DNA from: the human T2T-CHM13v2.0 reference genome, Homo sapiens
Length of the DNA stretch: 64,000 nucleotides
Reading direction: 5' to 3' (one strand)
Assembly (NCBI RefSeq): GCF_009914755.1
Contig: NC_060927.1
In this document: one piece after another, positions 30,501 through 47,068 of the stretch
How the letters are laid out: every line of letters starts with the position of its first letter
Position numbering within the stretch: the first letter of the stretch is position 1
Program-made: the position numbers and the translations under genes
Notes under the pieces: model-generated
Database searches by the model: none
What the model was told of the DNA's origin: nothing
What the model saw: the letters and a program-made list of their open reading frames with translations, nothing else

Positions 30501-33500
30501 CTTGAATGACCAGTGGGTCAGTGAAAAAATTAAGAAGGAAATTTAAAAATCTCTTGAAGCAAATGATAATAGAAACATAACATACCAAAACCTATGCAAT
30601 ATAGTGAAAGCAGTACTCACAGGAAAATTGAAAGATACAAGTGCCTACATCAAAAAAGAAGAAAAACTTGCAATAAATAACCTAATGATGCATCTTAAAG
30701 AACTAGAAAAGCAAGAGCAAACCAAACTCAAAATTAGTAGAAGAAAAGAAATAATAAAGATCAGAGCAGAAATAAATGAAATTGAAATGAATAAAACAAT
30801 AAAAAAGATCAATTAAATGAAAAGCGGGTGTTTTGAAAAAACAAATAAAATTGACAAACCTTTAGCCAGACTAGGAAAAAATGAGAGAAGACCCAAATAA
30901 ATAAAATCAGAGATGAAAAAGGAGACATTACAACTGATACCACAGAAATTCAAAGGAACATTAGAGGCTACTGTGAGCAAATATATGCCAATAAATTGGA
31001 AAACTTATAAGAAATAGATAAATTAATTGAAACATACAACCTACCAAGAGTGAACCAACAGGAAATCCAGAACCTGAACAGACCAATAAAAAGTAATGAA
31101 AACAAAGTCACAATAAAAAGTCTCCTAGTAAACACTGGGACCCAATGGCTTTACTGCTGAATTCTACCAAACATTTAAAGAAGAATGAATACCAATCCTA
31201 CTCAAACTATTCCAAAAAACAGAGGAGGAAGGAATACTTCCAAACTCATTGTATGAGGCCAGTAGTACCCTGATACCAAAACCAGACAAAGACACACACA
31301 CAAAAAAAAGAAAACTACAGGCCAACATCTCTGATGAATATTGATGCAAAAATCCTTTAAAAAATACTGACAAACCAAATTCAACAATACATTAAAAATA
31401 TCATTCATCATGACCAAGTGGGATCTATCCTGTGGACGCAAGGATAGTTCAACATACACAAATCAATCAGTGTGATACATCATAACAACAGAACGAAGGA
31501 CAAAAATCATATAATCGTTTTCAATTGACACTGAAAAAGCATTGGATAAAGTTCAACATCACTTTATGATAAAAGCCCTCAAAAACCTGGGCATACATGG
31601 ACGTAATTCAACATAATAAAAGCCATATAAAACAAACCCACAGCTAGTATCATACAGATTGTGAAAAAAATCTGGAAGCCTTTCCTCTAAGATCTGGAAG
31701 AGGACAAGGATGCCCACTTTCACCACTGTTATTAACATAGTACCGGAGTTCCTAGCTAGAGCAATCAGACAAGAGAAAGAAAGAAAGGTCATCCACATTA
31801 GAAAGAAAGAAGCCAAATTATCCTTGTTTGCAGAAGATATGATCTTATATTTAGAAAAACCTATAGACTCCACCAAAAAAACTATTAGAATCAATAAACA
31901 AATTCAGTAAAGTTGCAGGATACAAAATCAACATACAAAAACTAGTAGCATTTCTATATGCCAACAGTGAACAACTTAAAAAATAAATCAAAAAAGTAGT
32001 CCCACGTATAATAGTCACAAGTAAAATTAAATACTTAGGAATTAATCAAAGAAGTGAAAGATCTCTACAATGAAAACTATAAAACACTGATGAAAGAAAT
32101 TGCAGAGGACACAAAAAAGGAAATATATTCCATATTCATGGATTGGAAGAATCAGTATTGTTAAAATGTTCATACTGCCCAAAGCAATAAAAGATTTAAG
32201 GCAACTCCTATCAAAATACCAATAACATTCTTCACAGAAATAGAAAAAACAATCCTAAAATTTATATGGAACCACAAAAGACCCAGAATAGCCAAAGCTA
32301 TGCTGAGCAAAAAGAATAAACCAGAGGAATCACATTATCGACTTTCATATTATGCTACAGAAGTATGGCAACCAAAACAGCGTGGTACTGGAATAACAAC
32401 AGACACATAGCTCAGTGGAACAGAATAGAGAACCCAGAAGCAAATCCACACACCTACAGTGAACTTGTTTTTGACAAAGGTGCCAAGAACATGCATTGGA
32501 GAAAAGACTGTCTCTTCAATAAATGGTGCTGAGAAAATTGGATATCCAAATGCAGAAGAATGAAACTAGACCTCTGTCTCTCACCATATACAAAAATCAA
32601 ATCAAAATGGACTAGATACTTAAATATAAGACCTCAAACTATGAAACTACTAAACAAAAACATTGGGGAAGCTCTCCAGAACATTGTAGTGGGCAAAAAT
32701 TTCTTGAGTAACACTCCAGAAGCACAGGCAGCCAAAGCAAAACTGGATAAATGGGACCACATCCAGTTAAAAACCTTCTGCACAGCAAAAGAAACAATCA
32801 ACAAAGTGAAGAGACAACCCACAGAATGTGAGAAAATATTCGCAAACTAGCCATCTGACAAGGGATTAATAACCAGAATATTACAAGCTCTAACAGCTCT
32901 ATAGGAAAAACATCTAATAATCCGATTTAAAATGGGTAAAAGATCTGAATAGACCTTTCTCAAAAGAAGACATATGAATATGAAACAGGAATATGAAAAG
33001 GTGCTCAACATCACTGATCATCAAAGTAATGCAAATCAAAACTACAGTGAGATATCATCTCACCCCAGTTAAAATGGCTTTTATCCAAAAGACGGGCAAT
33101 AATGAATGCTGGCAAGGATGTGAAGAAAAGGGAACTCTCATACGCTGTTGGTGGGAATAAAAATCACTACAACCACTATGCAGAACTGTTTGGAGGCCCC
33201 TCAAAAAACCAAAAATAGAGCTACCATACAATCCAGTAATCCCACTGCTAGGTATATATACCCCAAAGAAAGGAAATCAGTATATCAAAGGGATATCTGC
33301 ACTTTCATGTTTGTTGCAGCAGTATTCACAAAAGCCAAGATTTGGATGCAACCTAAGTGTCCATCGAAAGATGAATGGATACAAAAAATGTGTTACATAA
33401 ACACAATGGAGTACTATTCCATCATAAAAAAAAAAATGAGATCCTGTCATTTGCAGCAACATGAATGGAACTGGAGATCATTATGTTAAGTGAAGTAAGC

Positions 33501-33919
33501 CACGAAGATGGACTTTGCATGTTCTAACTTATTTGTGAGAGCTAAAAATTAAAACAATTGAACTCATGAACATTGAGAGTAGAAAGATGGTTACCAGAGG
33601 CTGGAGAGGGTAGTCGGGGAGTGGGGAGGAAGCAGGGGTGGTTAATGGGTACAAAAAGTAGTTAGAAAGAATGAATAAGACCTAGTATTTGATAATATAA
33701 TGGGATGACTATAGTCAATAATAATTTAATTATACATTTTTAAATAACTAAAAGAATATAATTGGATTGTTTGTAACACAAAAGATAAATGCTTGAGGGG
33801 ATGGATACCCCATTTACCATGATGTAACTATTACAAATTACATGCCTTTATCAAAATATCTCTGGTACCCCAGAAATATATATACCTGCTGTGTACCCAC
33901 AAAAATTAAAAATTAATAA
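27562..33919 (+). mobile_element. L1MA-type element with 5'UTR, internally deleted ORF1, degenerate ORF2 and 3'UTR
   Basis: 5' start gagggtggagcaagat, L1MA-type 3'UTR (ggttaatgggtacaaaa...gaataagacctagtatttg). Degenerate TSD aagaaagcttatagc (27546-27560) / aagaaagttcatagc (33920-33934). Confidence 0.92.
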
Positions 33920-34592
33920 AAGAAAGTTCATAGCAGCACTGTTCATTAAAACCCCAAAGCGTTCATTAGCAGGAGAATGGATAGGTAACGTGTGGTAGAA
34001 TCATAGGAAAATACTACACAATAATGAGAAAAAAACAAACTATGGTTACATACAATATAGATGAATCTTGCAAGTATGTTGGACAAAAGAAGCCAGATAC
34101 TACATAATTCTACTTATATAAAGTTCAAAAACAGGAAAATCCCATCTTTGATGGTAGAAGTCAGAGTACTGGCCATCTTTGGGGAAGGTAATGACTCTAG
34201 GGAGGCATGAGTGGGGGCTCCGGAGTTCTGGTTCTGTTTTTTGATTTGGATGCTGGTTACATGAATGTTTACATTGTGGAAATTCTTGTATGATTTGTGC
34301 ATATCTGATGTCTATCATGCTTCAATTAAAATTTTATTTTAAGAGTGAGAGAAAGATAAGGGAGATAAAGATAAGGGAGTAAAAATAGATAATAACAAAT
34401 AGGATGGAAGATAAGAAGTATCAATAAGCATAGTTTTCAAAATATATTTCAAAGGATATACAGTATGAATAGGTGGTAAAATCTAAGTAAAATCTTTTTT
34501 GCAATGTTTTTCATGTTTAACGTTTATGTCCCTTCATATAGCCATTGTTTTAATAACATTCTACCACATATTTTCTGGTTTAAAAGTAATAT

Positions 34593-34933
34593 ACTTGTCT
34601 GTGTGTATCCATGGAGGATTGGTTCAGGACCCCCTCAGATACCAAAATCTGCAGATGCTCAAGTCTCTTATATAAAATGGCATAGTATTTGCCTATAACT
34701 TATCCGCATCCTCCTGTATATTTTAAATTATCTCTAGATTACTTACAATATCTAATATAACGTGAATGCTCCATAAATAGTTGTTATACTCTATTGTCTA
34801 GGGACTAATGACAAGAAAAGAAGTCTGTACATGTTCAGTACGGATACAGCCATTCATCTTTTCCAAATATTTTCAATCTGAAGTTGACTGAATCCATGGC
34901 TGCAGAACCCACATGTATGGAGGACCAAGTGTA
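34593..34933. mobile_element. MER2 (TcMar-Tigger family)
   Basis: gtatccatggaggattggttcaggacccc...ataccaaaatctgcagatgctcaagtc...tataaaatggcatagtatttgc matches MER2. Confidence 0.85.
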
Positions 34934-35140
34934 CATGTTTATTTTATTAAATTTCAGAAACAAAAAATAAAACAGGGAAGAAACCAGAATTCCACCAATG
35001 AGATCTAATCATCCTTAACATTTCGGTGTGTATCCTACCAGTCTTTCTGTCTTATGATTTATGAAGTTTTTAAAAGGATGGGGTGAGGAGAGAAGCAAGG
35101 AATGATCGGCATGTGGTTGAGGATAATGGCTTCTTTAGTG

Positions 35141-35228
35141 CCAACATGGCACATGTATACATGTGTAACAAACCTGCACGTTGTGCCAATGTACCCTAGA
35201 ACTTAAAGTATAATAATAAAAAAAAAAG
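35141..35228 (+). mobile_element. Extremely 5'-truncated L1PA 3' end (~88 bp)
   Basis: ccaacatggcacatgtatacatgtgtaacaaacctgcacgttgtg...cctagaacttaaagtataataataaaaaaaaaa. Confidence 0.9.
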
Positions 35229-36174
35229 AGGCACAAGAACAGGATGTAATACAGGAACCCACCGGTAGGTTACTATGGGTGTTTTTTGTTTTAGGTGGTA
35301 GATTAATTATTAAAAATAACTTAGGAAATAAAAGTCGGCCAGGTCTGGACCAATAATGAGGATGTATCACCAACAAAGGATTATGATTAATCCAATTTTG
35401 TGCACCTGCGGTCCAATTAAAACTAAAAGAATTCTCATAATAAATAGATTCTGTGCTGTAATTGAAAGTAAGTTTAGTCCTCTGAAGTCCTAAACTGACA
35501 TTTTAAAGACAAACTGTGCACTGACAAATCGGGGGGAAAAAATTACTTCCCTTTTCAGTAAGAAGAAGCTTGCCCTTTGATTACTAAACCTCACATAGTT
35601 TTACAATGATTTGTGAATTCCAGCTCCTGTTCATGATAACATTGGCCATAATGATTCAAACGTTCATGTGTCAGAACGTTTCAGTGTAAACCAGATAAAC
35701 TTCCCAGGTCCCTTCTATCTCTAAAATTCTGTATTTTAGATTAATGACCTGATGTGTCTACCCACTCAATTAATAAAGCAAGAATGACTTTTCCAGACCC
35801 TTTCCTGTTAATTACACAGAGAGTTTCAACTGGGGACAGTTCTTATTGCTCACAGCAAAAATCCAGATTTATTGGTTTGTTTTCGTGTTTATATCCCTGT
35901 TGCTGTTAATAAAAATGAAAGGTTTTAATGTGGTGAGGAAATCAGGGTAAAATATGTGCAAGAATTTAAAATAATGCACTCGTAATGTTAGAACACTAAA
36001 ATGCATGCTTTTGGTTTCTATTTTAGCTACAGCGGAGCCACAAACTTGGCTTACAGCTTCCTAACACTCAAAGAAGGAAACAGGAGAAGAGAGAAGATTT
36101 GTAATGCCTATAAAATAATTTTGGCCAGGTTTTCCAAAGAAAACCAGAATTTCCATGTGCTTAGAAAGATGTCC

Positions 36175-36357
36175 CCATGATGTGCTAGAACAGGCTTCTA
36201 TCGGCGCTTGAGAGCCGATGGTTAAATATTCAGATTTTTTACAAATATGTTGTTAAACCATTGGTAGCTTGAAACTGACCATGGTGGGAATATTTAGCAT
36301 ACACCACAAGTCAGGTCTTGTTTTTCTTTTAGAAGCCAGACTACAAGCACACCACCA
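36175..36357. mobile_element. MER63A-like hAT element
   Basis: gagagccgatggttaaatattcag...gttaaaccattggtagcttgaaac...catggtgggaatattta...agcacaccac. Confidence 0.75.
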
Positions 36358-39300
36358 CATGTCCCCAGTGGTCCTCAGACAAAGACACTGTGTGAGGTCA
36401 GGAGAGTTGCAAGTGGATGGGGAAAGGCTCAGTGTACAACTTTCTATGTACAATAGAAACCCATCCCTCAGGAGTAGCAGAGAACAGAAACATATGCCTG
36501 ACCAGAGAATGACTTCAAAGTTACATCAGCAGTCACCCACCCCACCTGAGTCCTTCTTTCCAATAATACCCTTTGGAATTTCATACCTGGGATTACAAAA
36601 ACTGCTATGCCCATTGAGGGGCAGACATATCTCCCCATTCAAAGATACACCTAAACAAATGCGAGAATCTCAGATTACAGACTTTATGCTTTCCACTCAG
36701 TCAGCCCTTCCAAGCCCATGTTTCACGGCATCATGAAAAGTGTCCTTCAGGGAAGAAAAAAAGTGTCCCATACCAAAATAAGCAATAATCTTTATTGCAG
36801 GACTTCTCAGAGCCTTTAAGGAGGCATATGTGCTCCTGTGGCAGAGTGTACATTAGTTCCCAAACTTGTTTTACCCCAGAACACTTCCTAGTGACACATC
36901 TTGGGACATCATACTGAAAAATGCCACCCTGGGTAGTCAGGGTTCCTTATGATTTGGAGAGGCAACCCCAGGATGTTATTCCACAGAAATGTTTCTTTTA
37001 TGTAGGACTTGAGGCTCTGGCATTTTTCTTTATAAAAACATGAGTTGCATATCTTCGCTTTTCAAATGAACCATTTCATTAACTCTGTTGGTGTTCATAC
37101 ATCCGTCAGCAGAGCTGACTTAAGGCATAAAGGAAACAGTTCAGGACAAGAAGTTTCTTAACTTCCTGTGGGCTATGTCGCCAGCAACTCACTCAGTCCT
37201 ATGTGGACACAGAGTTTGTTATGTTGCCGGCAGTACACACAAGTATGCACCCACTCAACCATCATCATGGAGCCCCTCCATGTTCCAGGCCGCGGATGGG
37301 ACAGACCTGGCCCTGTCTTCAAGGAGCTCAGGATGCAGCATTAATGAATGTCAGCTTCCTCTATTTACAGCATTTCTTTGCTTTGTCTAGGCTTCTGTTT
37401 CCCCACTTTGCTCTGTGCCCTGTGCTGCTCCTCACCACTCTTGTTCATCCTTTTCCCTCCCTTCCCTGATAGCTTTTTCCAATGACTCACAAGAACCCAC
37501 CCAGCTCAGCTGCTTTTCATTACGCTCCTGTCTTTGCATTTTTCCAACTCAATTAAGCCATTACCAGAACTAAATGAGGCATGGACTCCCCAAAAGTCAC
37601 ACCTGTTGTCAGGGAGATGGAGGGCAAGACCATGTGCAGCTGGCAGGCAGACAGCAGAAGCCGGGCTTGGGCTTGCGGGAGGCAGCCAAGGGTGACCGGG
37701 CAATTTGTGTTTCCCCCAGTGCCGAAAGAGGGCCCTCATTTTAAAACAACATGTGCCTTGCTTTGGTACAGAAGGAATGAAGTCTGATATAGAACTAGGG
37801 ATGGCCGTATTGGTGATGGCAGGTAAGAGTCCCTAATTCTTTGGCAAATGTGCACCAGCTGTGTATAGAAACCCATATTGTGGATGTCTCTTCAGCAAGA
37901 GGTAAAGGAAGCTGCAACTACAGCCAGGCACGTGAGTTTGGTGATTATTGATTAAACTTTTTCAGGTTTATTTTTCCTGTTCACCCTCATTAAAACATAC
38001 ACATTTCACCTTTCTGCAATAGTGGCTTCAAACCCTACTGTTAGTATCTTTATGATCATTGTGACGAAAGAGAGTAAAGATTACAGTACAATAAACCAGA
38101 GACATAGCAGTGTACTCACGTTATGGAGATAAATTCTATTGGAAATCAAATTTGGTCTTATAATTCTCTTTTTTCTAGGCAACCTAGAATTTTTTTTTTT
38201 TTTTTGCCATCTAGGAATTCAAAAATAGTAGCTTTTGAGCTTGCTGTGCCTTTAATTTACTGAGTGATTTTATGTTCAGAAGGTCTGCGCCTGGGTTTTC
38301 TCTATTTGAAATGTGAGCAAAATCATTTTGCTCTAGAGATTCACAATTTCCAGAAATGTTGAGGCCAAGAGGTGAGAGTAGGGGTGGTTTTTATTTGGAA
38401 GAAAATTGAAATGTGGCAGTGTTCACTCCTGACGTTGTTTTGCTATCCTCTGTTAACTTGTTTTGACTCCGGAACTTGGATTAGCCACGTAGCTACTCTT
38501 TGGACAACAAGTTCAACAGACATTTTTAGAGCATCCATTTAGTACCAGGTTCTTTGTTTGATGCTGAGGATGCAGCTATGATCATGGAGAAGCCTCTGCC
38601 TACAGGAACCATCAGTCTCGTGGGGTGACCCCTTCCTTGTCCTGTCCAGGAATTGCCCAACCAGCCTCTGGTCTTTACTGTGTACACTTCATACATTTGT
38701 TCAACGAATATTTGTGAATCATTTGTGCCAGGTGCTGTGCTGGGTGCTAGGCAACAATGGTGAAGAAAAGAGACAGGCCTTGGCCTCATGAAGTTTCTGG
38801 TCCCCACCTTGACTTAATTCTCTCTCCCAGCAATCACCAGAGAATATCACTATTTGCTCTGTGCTCCCTCAACACTTAAACCATGCCTCTTTATAACATT
38901 TAGATCACCGTCCTTATAATGCGCCTTTCTGTCTCTTTTTAAACCTTGAGCACCTTGAAGGCAAAAATTTCAACTTTCTTTCCCTAGTGTCTTGCACTCC
39001 CTGGTATCTAGCACATAGAGAGCTCAATAAATGTTTTTTGAATGAGTAAATCATTGCACGAATTTATAACTTCATGAACCCATGGAACCCATTGACTGGT
39101 CTGCCCTCATCTCCGATCCTTGGCTGAAAAGCCTAACAAGCCATTATCTGTCCGTACTGAAACACTCCTCCTGATGTCAAGAACCTTCTAAACATAAAAC
39201 CACCTGGTGCACGGATCATTTCTTCTTCCAAGATGTATCTGCCATTGAGAGAAAGAACAAATACTAGCTTCAGCTTTGTTTGTAATACTCATTTGCAGGA

Positions 39301-41592
39301 AGGCAAACATGATTATATATGATTTAAATGGAATAAATGTATAGTAAGGAGAACAAATGAGTTTATTTGTGATTCTTTGCTAGATACTGTTGGAGATAAC
39401 TACAGTAAGAAAAAATATATATAATAACAGTGGTTTAAACCAGCCAGAAGCCTTTTTTCTCTGTCAGGCAAAAGTCCAGGAATAGTTCAATATTAAGGTT
39501 CTGCTCTATGAAAAGCTTAGCTCATGGCACCATCATTTCCTAGGTTGTAGCTCCTTGTTCAAGATGGTCTCTAGCTGTCAGATCCACCTCCGTGCAGCAG
39601 AATAGAGGAAGCGGGGAGAAGGGATAAGGGGCAACCAGGAGTCAAGTACAAAGAAAATAAAGCTTTTACAACATGGAAGGTGGAAGGTGATGGGAGCTGG
39701 ACGAAGGCACTGGCCACAGGAGTGTGTAGGAGAAGGCAGAGTGGGAAGCAATGGCAGAATCACAGGACCAGGAGACTGGATGTTGGAGGACAGGGAGATG
39801 GAGGATCTAGAATGACCCTCAGCTTTGGAAGCAAATTCGACCCTGACAACTGAACTCAAAAGGGTGGTTTGAAGAATATGTTAGACTGAGAGAGTTAACT
39901 GCTACAAATTGACCCCAAATCTCTCCTTCCTCTATTCCTTATTGCCATTAATTTTCTGTTGAATGAACTAATTAAGTTAATAAACTCCAAGTAGTTAATA
40001 TTTCACAGGAAAAATTTAACAGGTCTCAGTGACTAACCCTAGCCAGTTATAATGTTCTCTCTCCCATCTAATTCAGTCCATGGGACTCCTTAAAATTCTG
40101 AGTTCTTAAGGCATTCTTAAGACAAGTGCCAAAACTGCTCACTCGAGTAAGCTGAATATACAAAGAATCTATTTCCCTATCTAGAAAGTGGACTTGGTAT
40201 TACCCTCATTACAAAATTGTTGTGAAGTTCAAAATACATGGAATGTTTAAGGGATCTGGCACAATGCCTGGATCAATAAATGCTAGTTTCTGTCTCCTTC
40301 CAAAGTACTTTCTTTTTTAATGCTTTTATTCGATAAACATTTATTCAGCATTTACTATTTCAGACACTGTACGAAGTAAGTGCTGCAGGACAAAGTTGAA
40401 TTTAGAGAAAAAGTTACTTTTTTTTTTCCACTTCTGAGTGTTAAGATAAATTCTGATCATTTAGCCCAGCATGTCTACCCCCTGGACTGAGAGCTCCTGA
40501 GGATATAAACATGCATGTGTTTGTCACCTTTATATTCCCAGCACATGTACTTATTAAATGTATGAGTGAACATATGACCAGGGTCCAAGGAATGAGGCCA
40601 AAAATCTAAAAGCAGGACTAGGGTCAGAAAACTGGGATGGTCATGGATGTTCAGACATTACAGGAGGAGATTCCATGAAAATTGAGCGTCTGCTGGGGTC
40701 ATCCTTCCACCTGAGGCTCAGCACACTCTGCTAGGAATGCTGTTGGAGGAGAAGGTGGAATTCCTAAGGAGCAAGAGGCACCATATGACAATGATTAAGA
40801 GATTGAGCTCTGGAATCAGACGTTTATGAACATAACTGTAATAAAGTGTGATGAACCTTCCAAGGGGGAAGCTCCAAGATCCAAGACATAAGAGACTATG
40901 TTCTTACAGGTGGACCTCCCCTCACCTAAGGGTTCAGGGAAGTCCTCCTTCAAAAGCCTTGCAAATTGCTTACTGCACAACTGAGGGGTTAATGTGGGCT
41001 GAAATCCAATCTGTGTTCCACTAAAGCTGTGCACATTGACTCAAAGCCGTGTGCTCCCCAGAAGGAGCTCTTTTCCTCATTCACCCGAAGGCCTACAGTT
41101 CACCCAGACATGCCCTGCAGTTAAGGACATCTGAAAGCTCAAAGATAAGTAGATGTTTTCCAGGCCAAGTTTAGGCCACAGGGACCAAGGAGGGGAACAG
41201 CAAGTGTGAGATCTGAGCATTTTAAAAGCCTGATGTACTTGAGGAACTGAAAGAAGTTCAGCAAGGTTGGAGTGTGACATACAAAGAGAAGACTAACAAG
41301 AGTGGAAGGGTATTCATTAAAGCCAGTATTTTCTATGAGTTTACTAGTTACATTGTGCTAATGGCTCTCCATGCATTATTTTGTTTAGATCACAGACATT
41401 AAGTGACTTGCCCAAAGTCATATTAGAAAGTAGTGGAACTATGATTCAAAGCCAGGTGTGAATCCAGAGCCTGTGCTCCAAAGCACTTGTCCTGTGGCAT
41501 CCAAAGATTTGCAAATTGCAAAAGAGCAAAACTGGAGATGAGAATGCCAGTTAAGAAATAGTTGCAGAAATCCAGGTTAAAAATGATGGCAG

Positions 41593-42269
<677 letters not shown>

Positions 42270-42834
42270 TTAAATATGAAGGACAATGATGAGAACAGAA
42301 AGGAGGAAAAGATGGCTCCTTATTTTGTGTCTCTGTGGATGGCATGTAATCTTCTAAGATAGAAAACAGTGAGGGAGAAACAAGTCCAGTAGGGAGGTAA
42401 GTTTAGGGCCTGTTAAATTCAAAGAATCTGTGGAACATTCATGTGGCAGTGTCCAGTTGGCAGTCCAGTGCTTGGCCCTGAGCCTCAAGACAGGCTGGAT
42501 ATTTAGCCCCATCAACCTGTAATTGGTAATTGACTCACAGGGTGAGTGAGATAGGGTGCAGAGTGAGAAGAGCAGAGTTCCTACTCTACTAATCATAGTA
42601 TAGCAGGAGGGCTTTCTCCTATATCCAGCTGTTGATCTTTGTAAAACACAATCTAATCCATGATTTCTCTGAATTTCGTATAAGAACTGTTCTTAAAAGG
42701 CTTACAGGGTGTCATATTACAAACTGAAACCAGAGACCTGCACAAAAAAAGGAGACTATCATAAAAAATAAAGAATAAGTGGTCTTTTCCAACATTTTTG
42801 TTTGGTTCAAAGTCAGATTTAAGCTTAAATATGA

Positions 42835-43147
<313 letters not shown>

Positions 43148-43552
43148 TCATTCTATATTTTCTATAAGAACTTACATGCTGAATAAAATATCTCTAATAT
43201 TATTATAACAAAAGGAGCTTCTGCTACTAATAGGCCAAATTTATGCCTCATTCACACAGGAAAATGAATGGATTAAAATCCAGCATCAGCACCAGCAGAG
43301 GTCTTAGGTTATCAAGGGCCTCTTTAAAATTTGACCTCTCATAACCTAACATAGTTCTTCCCCAATATGGGCAATTGACGTTTCCTGTATTTTACATGAA
43401 GTGCTATAAAAATGTGACTCCAAGCCAGGCCTTTTCAGTCTGCCACCCCTAGGCCCCTCTAAATGGAAATTCTGAGCCACCTTAGTTGCAGTGGTCATCA
43501 CAAGATGGGATTGAGGTTTAGCTGAATCCATTTTGTCTTTCTTTTCTTTTAG

Positions 43553-43980
<428 letters not shown>

Positions 43981-46179
43981 TAAGAAGAGGGGCCTAATCT
44001 GCCAATCTCTTCTCTTCTGAGTGGTTGGAGAAAAGCTGCACCAAACGCAAAATAATTTTTTCAAACTTTGTCCTATCTTTTCAAGAATAGTGATTGATTG
44101 GTAATCATGCTGAAGCTTATTGCCCCCACAACCTGCCTTTTTTTTCCTGAAGACTTCTTTTTAAATAAAATGTCAATGATATTAAGTAGAAAATCCATGC
44201 ATGGCCTGTTAAAGCACCTGGTGGTCATTTGGTGACCAAGTTATCATCGTTCACCTGGCAGCAGTGTTGCTTAATGGAAGACTAAGTACCTAGAAGGAAA
44301 TTTATTGCAGGTCTTGCAAACCTGAGTAGTAAAATCCCCCATTGACCTTACATGCTCCAATGGATAGTAATACCTGAGTGCTGGCTGCCTCACTCTTTTT
44401 CTTTTTTTTCTTTCTTTTTTTTAAGGCATTTAAGTTGAAAGAAACCACAGTAGTCAGCATGACCCAGGCATCTTCAAACTGTAAAATGTAGTCCATAGCA
44501 TTTTGGAACTACTGCCATCAAAAAGTCTTTTGCATAGGAAGGTTATCCCCCCTTGCCACCCTCCCCACCCCCCATCCACCCTGCCAAGAATGCATCTCAC
44601 TCTCTCAATAGATTCTCTCTGTGGCCACTTGAAGAGAGCTAATATGTCTCATCAAATATTTTCTTCTCCAAGCCACATAGTCTGTTTTATCATCATTTTC
44701 TCCATGATATGCTTTCCAGACCCGTCATCATCCTGGTTGTCCTCCATCTGATGCCCCCTAATTTACTGCGACCCTTTTAGAATATAGTCTCCAGGGTGAG
44801 GCACATCTCTTTAAATGGGATCTGACTTCTGCAGAATATGGTTGGGACTGTTTATCACCTCCCCTAATCTACACTGGAGACTGACTGTGCTCCAAATCTT
44901 GACCCATCTTCTAGAGAGACTTGCAACTTCCAGAAGGGATCCAGCACTTTTCCTTGCTCTTCCCAATAGCTGGAAAATGAAAATGAAAACTAGGATTGTT
45001 CCAATAAAACTGGATTTCTGTTCATGTTCTAATGAGAGCTAGTAAATTGATAATATTTTCACATTTTTCTTATGAATGCAGGAAATCTAAGTGCAGAATC
45101 GCACTGATGCTGATGATATCCTTCACATAACCCATGTGGACAAATACTCTGTTGTACCCTGCTGCACAGAGCTGTACATGTGCCATGTGTATACAGACCT
45201 AAGATCAAGCAAGAGGCTTGCCCTAAAATAATATATATTTTTAAATTATGTTAAAGATAATAAAATTAGCTTAGCAGCAAAGATGTTTAATGTAAAAAAA
45301 ATCTGTAATATTTCATAATAACTTTGTAGATTTAAAACAAATAGTTAAACAAATACATGAAGGAAACTTAAAGAAAATGGTAACAGAAAACATCACATTA
45401 AAAGTTAGACCAAGAGCTTAGGGAACCTAACAATACAATGGAGTATAAAAGATTGTATATCTCACCTCCTGTCACTGTCACTGAGTTCAAGTAGTGAAAC
45501 CCACAATATAAAGAAAGAACCTGGTGAGTTGTTTTTTCCTCTAGACACAAATACACTGATTCAGCACATTTACTGAGCCCTGACTCTGAGCAAAGTGCTA
45601 GGGAAGTGAAAACTATGTCACTGACCCTATTTCTCTTGTTAACTTGTTTGATTTTTATTTAAAATGTTCTTCTTTGAAAAGCAATGCATGTTCATTTTTT
45701 AGATATAAAGTATAAATAAGCCAAAAGCACATAATTTTAAAACTCAGCATTCCACCTCCCAGAAATAACCACTGTTGTACACCCCAGACTGTCTGTGTAT
45801 GGCCTTCATAGGTTTGTTATTTGTTTACAAAAATGAGATCATTCACGTCCCTTTCCCCTTGACCTTCAGGAATGTCATAGTCTAAACATATGACTCTGCA
45901 AATCTGATCTGAGGTTATTTTTAGGCACCCACATATTAATATCCTAATGTATTTATGTTTTCCTGGTCCTTTTCTTGTACATCTATATATTGCTTTTATT
46001 TAAGTACCTCATATCAGCTACTTCAAATTCATTACTGCAGAAGACAGATACAAATTATTCAATGAATTACAAATAGCAATCTTTTATTCTTCTTTTTATT
46101 TTTATTATTGTCATTATTGCTCTCTGTCTCTGTGTGAGGCACCATGCTGAAGATTTTGCATAATTAGCTCATGTCATGA

Positions 46180-46575
<396 letters not shown>

Positions 46576-46651
46576 TGAAGCCAGAGAGTAGTAACAGTTC
46601 GATGATTCAAACCCAGCTTTGCCAGGTCTTTACTCTAAAGTCGTTGACTAG

Positions 46652-47068
<417 letters not shown>

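Noticed and set aside
36269-36736. 155-aa ORF
   Set aside because: Begins in a MER63-like element at a non-ATG codon, with no protein-family resemblance.
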